Source: Dehalococcoidia bacterium (GTDB lineage Bacteria; Chloroflexota; Dehalococcoidia; Lucifugimonadales; JADFKI01). Taken from it: a stretch of 64,000 bases of DNA. Made by a program: the position numbers and the translations under genes. Shown here piece by piece: positions 10,238 to 17,770 of the stretch. The notes beneath the pieces were generated by a model that did not search any database, was not told the origin of the DNA, and saw nothing but the letters and a program-made list of their open reading frames with translations. The stretch spans positions 1,368,524 through 1,432,523 of the forward strand of contig OY730226.1 in the NCBI GenBank assembly GCA_963422525.1. Direction: 5' to 3'. How positions within the stretch are numbered: position 1 is the stretch's first letter; the number at the start of each line of letters is the position of its first letter.

Positions 10238-10610
10238 TATGACCTTGACCTCCGAAGAAAGGGTTTGTTGTTCACCCTTGTAATGATAACGCTTTCAGCT
10301 GATCAAATCCAGATAAACGACGCTAATCAAAGTCTTTCGGTTCTCAGTCTGAATGCAGTGAAGGATCAAAAATGTTCGTAGTGGCTGTAGTGGCTAATGT
10401 TATTTTACTCGACGCTTTTAGATTCCTCACTCTGCTCTTCTGTGAGGGCGGCGGTGAAGAGGCGGTAGGGCCGATTACCACTTTTATCTTCTATTCGAAG
10501 TGATAAAGGGCGGATGCTTCACCTTCCGAAGCAACGCTGATTGAGTATGTGATGTTGTGGAACTTATCGAATTGATTGTCTATGCGGACAGCCGTCTCGC
10601 CTTGACACTA

Positions 10611-11060
10611 CAAGACGGTGAAGGTTTTATTCAATTCTTTAATGTTGTATATGGCTACAATTCCAAGTTCAAAGGACGGAAGCATAAGCATAAGATGTGT
10701 ATCTGTTCTTGGCGCGCTGAAATTGCGTTTGTGAATTAGATTTGCGCAAGTGTATATAGCAATAGGTGATACTGATGATGGCATCAATGTTGGGGCCGGT
10801 TGGGGCGTTGGAGCCGGGGAGGGTGTATTAGGCTGTACAGGACTTGGCGCAGGAATAGGTGTACTGGTAGGTGGCGCTGATGGTTGAGGCGTTGCAGTTA
10901 CTAGCGCGGTAACAACTTCCCGATCAGGTGAGGAACAGGCGAAGAGGAAAAAATAGAAGAGTAAAAGCGACGGTGAGTATAATGATGCGGTTATCCGAGT
11001 TCGCCGCGCTTGCCGGAACCGTTCTTTGGCAGCTGAGCCGGCTTGCCTTTGGCGGCGTCC
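10611..11060 (-). pseudogene. lipoprotein-like open frame lacking any canonical start codon
   Basis: Manual translation of the third minus frame gives ...SLLLFYFFLFAC|SSPDREVVTALVTATPQPSAPPTSTPIPAPSPVQPNTPSPAPTPQPAPTLMPSS...TFTVL*. That is a lipobox-like LFAC followed by a Pro/Thr/Ser linker. There is no ATG/GTG/TTG between the upstream stop (11061-11063) and the lipobox. The 5' part runs into duplicated copy A. Confidence 0.25.
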
Positions 11061-11191
11061 TCATATCCCATTGAGTAGCCTTCCTGCCGTCCTTCTTGCC
11101 GCCCTTCATGTCGTCCTTCGTCGCGCGCCTGCTGGATGAGCAGTCGTCTGTTTCTCTCGGTGCGCTCCCTAATCCAGTCTGCAATTGCCAT
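10991..11191 (-). CDS. 66-aa ORF created by the duplication (copy of the C-terminal tail of the 159-aa protein)
   Basis: MAIADWIRERTERNRRLLIQQARDEGRHEGRQEGRQEGYSMGYEDAAKGKP... The ATG is preceded by AAAGGAG-ctcata, where the substitution relative to copy B (aaaggaT) improves the Shine-Dalgarno match. Expression is unproven. Confidence 0.3.
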   Translation of the reverse strand: MAIADWIRERTERNRRLLIQQARDEGRHEGRQEGRQEGYSMGYEDAAKGKPAQLPKNGSGKRGELG

Positions 11192-11239
11192 TATGAGCTC
11201 CTTTGCTTGCAGATCAGTTCCGCCCGCCCAAGTATGCGG

Positions 11240-11719
11240 TTATCTGAGGTCGTCGCGGGTGCCGGAACCGTTCTTTGGCGGCTGAGGCGGCTTGCCTTTG
11301 GCGGCGTCCTCATATCCCATTGAGTAGCCTTCCTGCCGTCCTTCCTGCCGTCCTTCCTGCCGTCCTTCCTGCCGTCCTTCGTCGCGCCCCTGCTGGATGA
11401 GCAGTCGTCTGTTTCTCTCGGTGCGCTCCCTAATCCAGTCTGCAATTGCCATTATGAGATCCTTTGCTTGCAGAATGCTCCAAGCGATAAAGCCTGCTGC
11501 TACGAAGCCGGTTCCGATGCTTATAACGATGTTTTGCGCCACAGCGTTCGGGGTAGTTTCGGTCGAGCGGTAAATGAGTTCCAAAGCCGTTAATGTGATC
11601 GAGATGCCTGCGCCGCCCGCGAGCGTCAGCAGTTGAAACCAGATGCGGTCTTTGCGGTCTATGCCCCAAATGCTTTCGCGCTCTTCTCTTTCATCTATCA
11701 TAGCATGTTGGCTATGCAT
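11240..11719 (-). CDS. hypothetical 2-TM membrane protein with Arg/Glu-rich and (GRQE)4 tail
   Basis: 159 aa. Two hydrophobic segments, then IMAIADWIRERTERNRRLLIQQGRDEGRQEGRQEGRQEGRQEG. Its ATG overlaps the dapB stop (TAATG), which suggests translational coupling. Confidence 0.6.
   Translation of the reverse strand: MHSQHAMIDEREERESIWGIDRKDRIWFQLLTLAGGAGISITLTALELIYRSTETTPNAVAQNIVISIGTGFVAAGFIAWSILQAKDLIMAIADWIRERTERNRRLLIQQGRDEGRQEGRQEGRQEGRQEGYSMGYEDAAKGKPPQPPKNGSGTRDDLR
11328..11375. repeat. 12-nt microsatellite (ccttcctgccgt) x4, encoding (GRQE)n on the minus strand
   Basis: Four perfect head-to-tail units at 11328-11375. The paralogous site in copy A (about 11078-11113) has one perfect and two degenerate units. 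Confidence 0.95.
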
Positions 11720-12531
11720 TACAGCCCCATAATCTTGTCTAGCCCAACGGTCAGGCCTTTGCGGTTGACGACTTCGTTGATGGCGAGTGTGACGCCGGGC
11801 ATGAAGCTTTCGCGGTTGACGGAATCGTGTCGAATGGTGAGCGTCTGTCCGAGCGCGCCGAATACAAGTTCGTGATGAGCAACGCGTCCCGGCATACGCG
11901 CGCTGTGGACGCTGACGCCTTCAAATGTTGCGCCGCGCGCGCCTTCTATCAGCTCCCGTTCCGACTGCGGCGCGATGAAGCTCCCTGCCTTGCCTTCGAT
12001 CGCGGCGTTGGCGATTGCGAGCGCAGTGCCGGACGGCGAGTCTATCTTGGCTTCGTGGTGCATCTCTGTTAGGTCGGCGTAGTCGAAGAAGCGCGCCGCC
12101 TGCCGTGCGAGCGCAATCATCAGTACTGCTCCCATCGCAAAGTTCGGCGCGATGATGATGCCCACATCGTGTTCATTGGCGAGGCTCTTCGCTTCCTGGT
12201 ATATAGGGTCAGTGATGCCTGTTGAGCCGATGACGACGTTCACCTTGCGCGGAGCCGCCGCGCGCAGCACGGACGCTGCGCCCTCCGCGCTCGTGAAGTC
12301 AACGACCACATCGGCGTCTGTGGCGTCCAGCACATCGGGCAGCGAGCCGGAGATAGGTATCTGCCCCTGTCCGTTAGGGAGGGCGATAGCGCCCGCGTTC
12401 GCGGTGATGTCAGCCGCCCCAACGGGCTGCATACCCGGAGCGCCTGCGACGGTTTCTAGCACCTGCTGCCCCATCTTGCCCATAACGCCATGTACGACAA
12501 TCTTGATAGTCATTATGCGAACTCCATTCAT
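11719..12531 (-). CDS. dapB: 4-hydroxy-tetrahydrodipicolinate reductase
   Basis: N-terminal dinucleotide-binding VVHGVMGKMG and central EMHHEAKIDSPSGTA block. 270 aa. Confidence 0.95.
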   Translation of the reverse strand: MNGVRIMTIKIVVHGVMGKMGQQVLETVAGAPGMQPVGAADITANAGAIALPNGQGQIPISGSLPDVLDATDADVVVDFTSAEGAASVLRAAAPRKVNVVIGSTGITDPIYQEAKSLANEHDVGIIIAPNFAMGAVLMIALARQAARFFDYADLTEMHHEAKIDSPSGTALAIANAAIEGKAGSFIAPQSERELIEGARGATFEGVSVHSARMPGRVAHHELVFGALGQTLTIRHDSVNRESFMPGVTLAINEVVNRKGLTVGLDKIMGL

Positions 12532-12629
12532 TTACAGGATTGCATCAATTTATCACAAATGCGGCGAATAGAGTAAACGCACCCGTCCCAACTTCGATAA
12601 CTCTGATATATCGCTGTCAGACGCCGACA

Positions 12630-13916
12630 TCATGCGCGGCGGAGCGGCTGCCCTTTGCGATATGTCGCAACTCGCCAGAGCCATTCGGCGGGGCCGAATA
12701 GAAATCGGCGTAACCAAGTCTGCGACCACCACAATTGCAGCGCCCACACTGCGAAGACGAACAGCAGGATTGCAGCGCGGTTCACGCCTGCGTCGCCAAG
12801 CAGCGTGGTAAGTACGAGAACGCCCGAGATAGTCTGCGTTAAGTAGTTGGTCAGGGCCATTCTGCCGGCGGCGCGCAGTCGTCGCTTGAGCCAATTATCT
12901 GCGCGGTTGTTCCAGATGATGATGAGACTCATGTATCCAAGCGAGGCGGGAATAGTACCCAGAGTGTTCGGGATATGCCCAATGAATGCTACTTCTCTTG
13001 AGTAGTCGTTCATCGCTATTACGATGACGCCGAGTGTTGCGAGTGGCAGTCCCACGGCAAGCCCTATTATTGCCATAGTGCGATATGTCCTTGCGGGCAT
13101 GCCGCCGCTCATGAAGCCGGCGCGATACATACCGGCGCCAATGAGAATCAATCCTAGCCCGCGCAGGAAATAGGCGAGTACGAGGGGAATGCCTATACTA
13201 TCTTCAGTGTCAATCTCTCCCGGTGTCCAGATGCCGGAGAGGGAAGTTCCGGTGTTATCGGCGATGTACTGGGCGAGGATCGCGCAAGCAACGGATAGCG
13301 CAAAGATGCTTACGCCAACGGAGATAAGAGCTGTATTAGGTAGCTTTCTCAGGGGAATTAGAAATACTGACGATATTGCGTATAGCATCAGTACATCGCC
13401 ATCCCACAGCATGAAATGCAGGACACCGATTAGCAGCAGCAGCGCGTTGCGCCAGAGGTTCAGCCATACGGCGCGCTTGCCCCTTGCGGCGGCGCGATCG
13501 ATGAATAGTATCATCCCGGCGCCGAAGAGGAGGGAGAACATTCCCATGAACTTCTGGTCGATGAAAATCTCGCCGAATATGCCTACCGCCCAGTCGAGCC
13601 ATGTCTCCGAGCCTCCCGCGCTCAAGTTCAGGTAGGGCGCGGCGCCTAACTTGAACGAAACTGCGTTCATCAGCAGAATGCCCAGCACGGCTACTCCGCG
13701 TATTAGGTCGAGGCTGGTTATCCGCGCTCTCTCCGATATGGGGTGGAAATCGCCGGTTGGCTGTGCGGTGGACATGTCGGAACTCACTCCTTGCGATTCG
13801 TCGTTGCGCGCAGAACGCAAGAAAGCCGAGTAATCCAACGTGTCGATTACTCGGCGCCTGCTGTAAGACCGTATGAAGTGCGGCGAACTCTTTGTGGTGA
13901 AAGCGGCGTTCGCCAA
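12630..13916 (-). CDS. DUF418/YeiB-like polytopic membrane protein
   Basis: SLDLIRGVAVLGILLMN start of the conserved core, multiple TM segments, C-terminal GPAEWLWR motif. The true start may be the internal ATG at 13775 (MSTAQPTG...). Confidence 0.75.
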   Translation of the reverse strand: MANAAFTTKSSPHFIRSYSRRRVIDTLDYSAFLRSARNDESQGVSSDMSTAQPTGDFHPISERARITSLDLIRGVAVLGILLMNAVSFKLGAAPYLNLSAGGSETWLDWAVGIFGEIFIDQKFMGMFSLLFGAGMILFIDRAAARGKRAVWLNLWRNALLLLIGVLHFMLWDGDVLMLYAISSVFLIPLRKLPNTALISVGVSIFALSVACAILAQYIADNTGTSLSGIWTPGEIDTEDSIGIPLVLAYFLRGLGLILIGAGMYRAGFMSGGMPARTYRTMAIIGLAVGLPLATLGVIVIAMNDYSREVAFIGHIPNTLGTIPASLGYMSLIIIWNNRADNWLKRRLRAAGRMALTNYLTQTISGVLVLTTLLGDAGVNRAAILLFVFAVWALQLWWSQTWLRRFLFGPAEWLWRVATYRKGQPLRRA

Positions 13917-13928
13917 AAGTGGAGTTAG

Positions 13929-16196
13929 TTAGCGGCGATAGCCACCCCGACCGCCGCGGTCGTCTCTGCCGCCGCGCTCTCTATCGCTGCCGCCGCGGAA
14001 ACCGCCCCTGTCCCTGCCGCCACGATCGTTGCGCCCTCGACCGCCGTCGCGTCGATAGCCGCCTGTGCGCGCGGGACGGCCACCGCCGATAGGTTCCCTG
14101 CCTGCCGGGTCAATTTCTTCGTCGGTGAGGAGCGCGCGCCTCGATAGGTTAACGCGTCCGAGGTCGTCAATCTGTATGACGGCAACGGTCAGCTCTTGAC
14201 CGATTTCGACGGTTTCGCCGACGGACGGAACGCGCTCGTCGGACAGTTCGCTGATATGGACGAGGCCATCCTTGCCTGGCAGGATGGCGACGAATGCGCC
14301 GAAGTCCATGATGCGGCTAACTTTGCCGGTGAAGATGTCGCCGACCTTGACTTCGCGAGTAAGGTCGTCCACCATCTGCACCGCCTTTTGCGCTGCGGCG
14401 CCGTCGGCTGAGCCGATGATGACCGTGCCGTCCTCTTGTATGTCGATGGTTGCTCCCGTCTCTTCGGTGATGCCCCGTATGGTCTTGCCGCCTGGCCCAA
14501 TCACTGTGCCTATCTTGTCCACGGGGACGTTGATTTGCAGCATTCGGGGCGCGAACGGGCTGAGTTCTTTGCGTGCGTCGCTGATTGTATCCCTCATTTG
14601 GTCGAGGATGAATAGGCGCGCTTCCTTCGCCTGCTTCAAGGCGTCGCGCACCACATCGAAGCTGATGCTGTTCACCTTGATGTCGAGCTGAATTGCGGTG
14701 ATGCCTTCGCGCGTGCCGGCGACCTTGAAGTCCATGTCGCCAATGTGGTCTTCCATCCCTTGAATGTCGGTGATGGTGGCGTACTCGCCGTCCTCGCCGT
14801 CAATGAGACCGATGGATATTCCGGCGACAGGCGATTTTATTGGCACGCCTGCATCCATGAGCGCCAGTGTGCCTGCGCATACGCTCGCCATCGAGGTGCT
14901 GCCGTTGGACCCGAGCGCTTCGCAAACGATTCGCAGTGTATAAGGGAACTCTTCTTGGCTGGGCAGCACAGGCGCAAGCGCGCGTTCGGCGAGCGCTCCG
15001 TGCCCGACTTCGCGCCGTCCCGGAGAACCGATGCGGCGAACTTCGCCGACCGAATATGGCGGGAAGTTGTAGTGCAGCATGAAGCGCTTGGTTTCTTCGG
15101 GCGTGAGCGTGTCTAGGCGCTGGGCGTCGCCGACTGAGCCGAGCGTCGCCACGCCAAGAATTTGGGTCTCCCCGCGATTGAATAGTCCGCTGCCGTGTGC
15201 GCGGGGCAGCAGTCCGACTGTGCTGGATATGGGGCGAATCTCGTGTCTGTCTCGTCCATCCGGGCGCTTGCCGCCCTCCAGCACATTGCGCTTGAAGGCG
15301 TGCTCAAGCTGTATTTCGAATGCGTCGCGCAGATGGTTGGCTTCGTAGTTCTCGCCAAGTTCTGCCGCGACATTCGCGCGCATCTCGTCCAATCGCTCGT
15401 AGAGGTCAACCTTGCCGGTTGATGATGCGAATGCATCCGTCAGCCTGCTGCCGAGAATTGCTGCGAGCTTGTCATCGAGTTCCGCAGGATAGGCGAAGGA
15501 GTCGTATGCCTCCGATTTGGGCTTGCCGATGGCGTCGACCATCCGGTCTTGGAAGTCTATGAATCCTAGATTGACTTCATGGGCGCGCTTGATGGCGTCG
15601 AAGACTACCTCTTCGGGAAGCTCGTTCGCGCCCGCCTCCATCATTGTTACGCCCTCGCGCGAGCTTGACACCACGAGGTCCAGTTCGCTCTCTTCCAGCT
15701 GGGCGTATGACGGATTTACGATCAGCTCGCCGTCGATGTAGCCGATGCGCGTGGCGGCGATAGGTCCTGCGAATGGAATGTCGGATATGGACAGCGCCGC
15801 CGATGCCGCCGTCATTACGAGCGTCTCGAAGGGCGTCTCCATGTCTATGGACAGCGGTGTGGCGACAATCTGCACTTCGTTGCGGAAGTCGTTGGGGAAT
15901 AGAGGGCGGAGCTGCCTGTCTGTCAGCCGCGCCATCAGGATGCCGTGTGTGCTCGGACGGCCTTCGCGGCGGAAGAAGCTGCCCGGTATCTTGCCTCTGG
16001 AGTAGAGGCGCTCTTCCACGTCGATGGTGAGGGGGAAGAAATCGATGCCTGCGCGCGGTTTGGACATCGTGGCGGTAACGAGCAGTGCGCAATCGCCCTG
16101 CTTGACCAGCACTGATCCGTTGGCTTGCAGCGCTAATTGGCCGCTCTCCATGATGAGAGCGCCTGCTTCATAGGTGTGTTCAAACGAGTTCAGCAT
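13929..16196 (-). CDS. pnp: polyribonucleotide nucleotidyltransferase (PNPase) with Arg/Gly-rich C-terminal tail
   Basis: Two RNase PH-like halves, a KH region (INVPVDKIGTVIGPGGKTIRGI), an S1 region (GKVSRIMDFGAFV), then a ~60-aa RGG-type tail. Lies immediately downstream of rpsO. Confidence 0.97.
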   Translation of the reverse strand: MLNSFEHTYEAGALIMESGQLALQANGSVLVKQGDCALLVTATMSKPRAGIDFFPLTIDVEERLYSRGKIPGSFFRREGRPSTHGILMARLTDRQLRPLFPNDFRNEVQIVATPLSIDMETPFETLVMTAASAALSISDIPFAGPIAATRIGYIDGELIVNPSYAQLEESELDLVVSSSREGVTMMEAGANELPEEVVFDAIKRAHEVNLGFIDFQDRMVDAIGKPKSEAYDSFAYPAELDDKLAAILGSRLTDAFASSTGKVDLYERLDEMRANVAAELGENYEANHLRDAFEIQLEHAFKRNVLEGGKRPDGRDRHEIRPISSTVGLLPRAHGSGLFNRGETQILGVATLGSVGDAQRLDTLTPEETKRFMLHYNFPPYSVGEVRRIGSPGRREVGHGALAERALAPVLPSQEEFPYTLRIVCEALGSNGSTSMASVCAGTLALMDAGVPIKSPVAGISIGLIDGEDGEYATITDIQGMEDHIGDMDFKVAGTREGITAIQLDIKVNSISFDVVRDALKQAKEARLFILDQMRDTISDARKELSPFAPRMLQINVPVDKIGTVIGPGGKTIRGITEETGATIDIQEDGTVIIGSADGAAAQKAVQMVDDLTREVKVGDIFTGKVSRIMDFGAFVAILPGKDGLVHISELSDERVPSVGETVEIGQELTVAVIQIDDLGRVNLSRRALLTDEEIDPAGREPIGGGRPARTGGYRRDGGRGRNDRGGRDRGGFRGGSDRERGGRDDRGGRGGYRR

Positions 16197-16267
16197 GAGA
16201 TAAACAATCCTCCACGGGGAACGTGAGAAAAAAGAAAGGTAGCCCTACAAAACCTTTGTAGAGAGAT

Positions 16268-16531
16268 CTACCTTCTCAGACCGAGCTTGGCGATAAGAGC
16301 CCTATAGCGGCCTACGTCTTCCCTGTTGAGGTATCGGAGTAATCTTCGGCGGCGGCCGACCATCTTCAAGAGGCCGCGGCGTGTGGACTCGTCGTGTTTA
16401 TGGATTCTGAGGTGTTGCGTGAGTTGGAGTATGCGAGTCGTGAGTACTGCTACCTGTAATTCGGTAGAGCCTGAGTCGTTCTCGTGGGTGCGATGCTCTG
16501 CGATGACGGCTTGCTTTTCAGCCTTGTTCAA
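16268..16531 (-). CDS. rpsO: 30S ribosomal protein S15
   Basis: 87 aa. [48 protein letters not shown] is a typical S15 sequence. Confidence 0.97.
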   Translation of the reverse strand: MNKAEKQAVIAEHRTHENDSGSTELQVAVLTTRILQLTQHLRIHKHDESTRRGLLKMVGRRRRLLRYLNREDVGRYRALIAKLGLRR

Positions 16532-16698
16532 TCCCTTCTCCCGGGAGTTCCCCTGTCTTTACTTTATTATGATGTTCCTTTTTTCTCATCAGTCAGTGTA
16601 GCATAGGGCGATTGCTCGGCGCAACGAATTCGCTTATGTTGGGATTTTCGCCGCAACCCTATGGTTGCCGCAGCGCACGACGATGTCAGCCCTCATCG

Positions 16699-17619
16699 TT
16701 AGGTTGTCAGTGATGCTAGAAAATCGGTGACGGCGTTCTGGAAGCCGGCCGGACTATCGCCCATGACGAGATGGCCTGCGCCTTCTATGGTTGCTAGGCG
16801 GCTGTTGGGGATTGCGTCGTGCATCTTGTCGGCGGTGTCCATTGCGATGATGTCGCTTGCGCCGCCGCGCACCAGCAGGGTGGGGCATTGCAGCGATTCC
16901 AGATAGCCCCAGAGCCGCTTCTCGGTTTCGGCGTCGCTGCCCATCCGACGCCCGGGCGTGCGCAGCGCGCGGTCGTACTTCCAGGTCCACTTGCCGTTGG
17001 GCAATTCCTTGAGGTTGTGCATGATGCTGCCACGGACCTGCTGAGGATCGCGGCGCGGGTTGTACTTCAGCACGCGCTCGACGAAGGCGTCAATCGAGTC
17101 CAGCTCATCGTCCTGCTGCACGAAGCTGCGGATATTCTGCGTGCCTTGCTGCATGTTCTGCGGCGCGGCGTCAACGATGACCAGCGCTTTGACGCTGTTC
17201 GGGTTGTTCGCTGCGTATGTGAATGAGTTCCTGCCGCCCATCGAAAGTCCCATCAGGACGAAGTCGTTCAGCCCCAATTGCTGCACAACGCCTGAAATGT
17301 CTTGCTGCTGCGTTTCGGGCGAATAATCGCCGTCAGCGGCCCAGTCGCTGTCGCCGTGCCCGCGCTGGTCGAGCACGATGACGCGATATTCGTCGCTGAA
17401 CCCGAGCGCTACGAAGTCCCAGGAGTGGCATGTCTGGGCGAATCCGTGCAGCAGCAGCATAGGGGGATTGTCCGACTTGCCCCATTCGAGGTAATGGAAG
17501 CGCATTCCATTGGCATTGACGAATCTGTCTTGCGGCGCATTCTCATTGGCGAATTTGACGCCCATAGCTCGCGCCGCGTCGTATAGCGATAGCCCTTGCT
17601 GAACTGCCTGTGAACTCAA
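16699..17619 (-). CDS. alpha/beta-fold hydrolase
   Basis: LLLHGFAQTCHSWD oxyanion region and nucleophile elbow GLSMGG. C-terminal GAGHLV histidine context. Confidence 0.85.
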   Translation of the reverse strand: MSSQAVQQGLSLYDAARAMGVKFANENAPQDRFVNANGMRFHYLEWGKSDNPPMLLLHGFAQTCHSWDFVALGFSDEYRVIVLDQRGHGDSDWAADGDYSPETQQQDISGVVQQLGLNDFVLMGLSMGGRNSFTYAANNPNSVKALVIVDAAPQNMQQGTQNIRSFVQQDDELDSIDAFVERVLKYNPRRDPQQVRGSIMHNLKELPNGKWTWKYDRALRTPGRRMGSDAETEKRLWGYLESLQCPTLLVRGGASDIIAMDTADKMHDAIPNSRLATIEGAGHLVMGDSPAGFQNAVTDFLASLTT

Positions 17620-17770
17620 CAGCCTACTCCTACGCTTGCTTGATACCGATTATCTGATAGTCCGAACCGACGCGCCAAATCATACACTACCACCCCTTAT
17701 CCTATCCATCCCTGTTTGACCTAGCTTCGTTTGTCCTGATCCTGTCGGAGGGCGCTTCGAAAACTTTCCC

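Larger units (their letters stand above)
10976..11474. repeat. tandem duplication (~255-bp period) of the 3' end of the small membrane-protein gene
   Basis: Copy A is about 10976-11213 and copy B about 11231-11474, separated by a 17-nt spacer (tcagttccgcccgccca). The copies align over their whole length with scattered substitutions and differ in the count of a 12-nt unit. Confidence 0.9.

Noticed and set aside
10238-10610. Possible lysine (L-box) riboswitch in the ~370-nt AT-rich region upstream of asd.
   Set aside because: I compared the minus strand by eye with the conserved L-box blocks I remember (AGAGGnGC 5' strand, GAGCG..GCCGAAG core). Only a trivial CUGAAAG match appeared and no convincing helices. 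A covariance-model scan (Rfam RF00168) would be needed to settle this.
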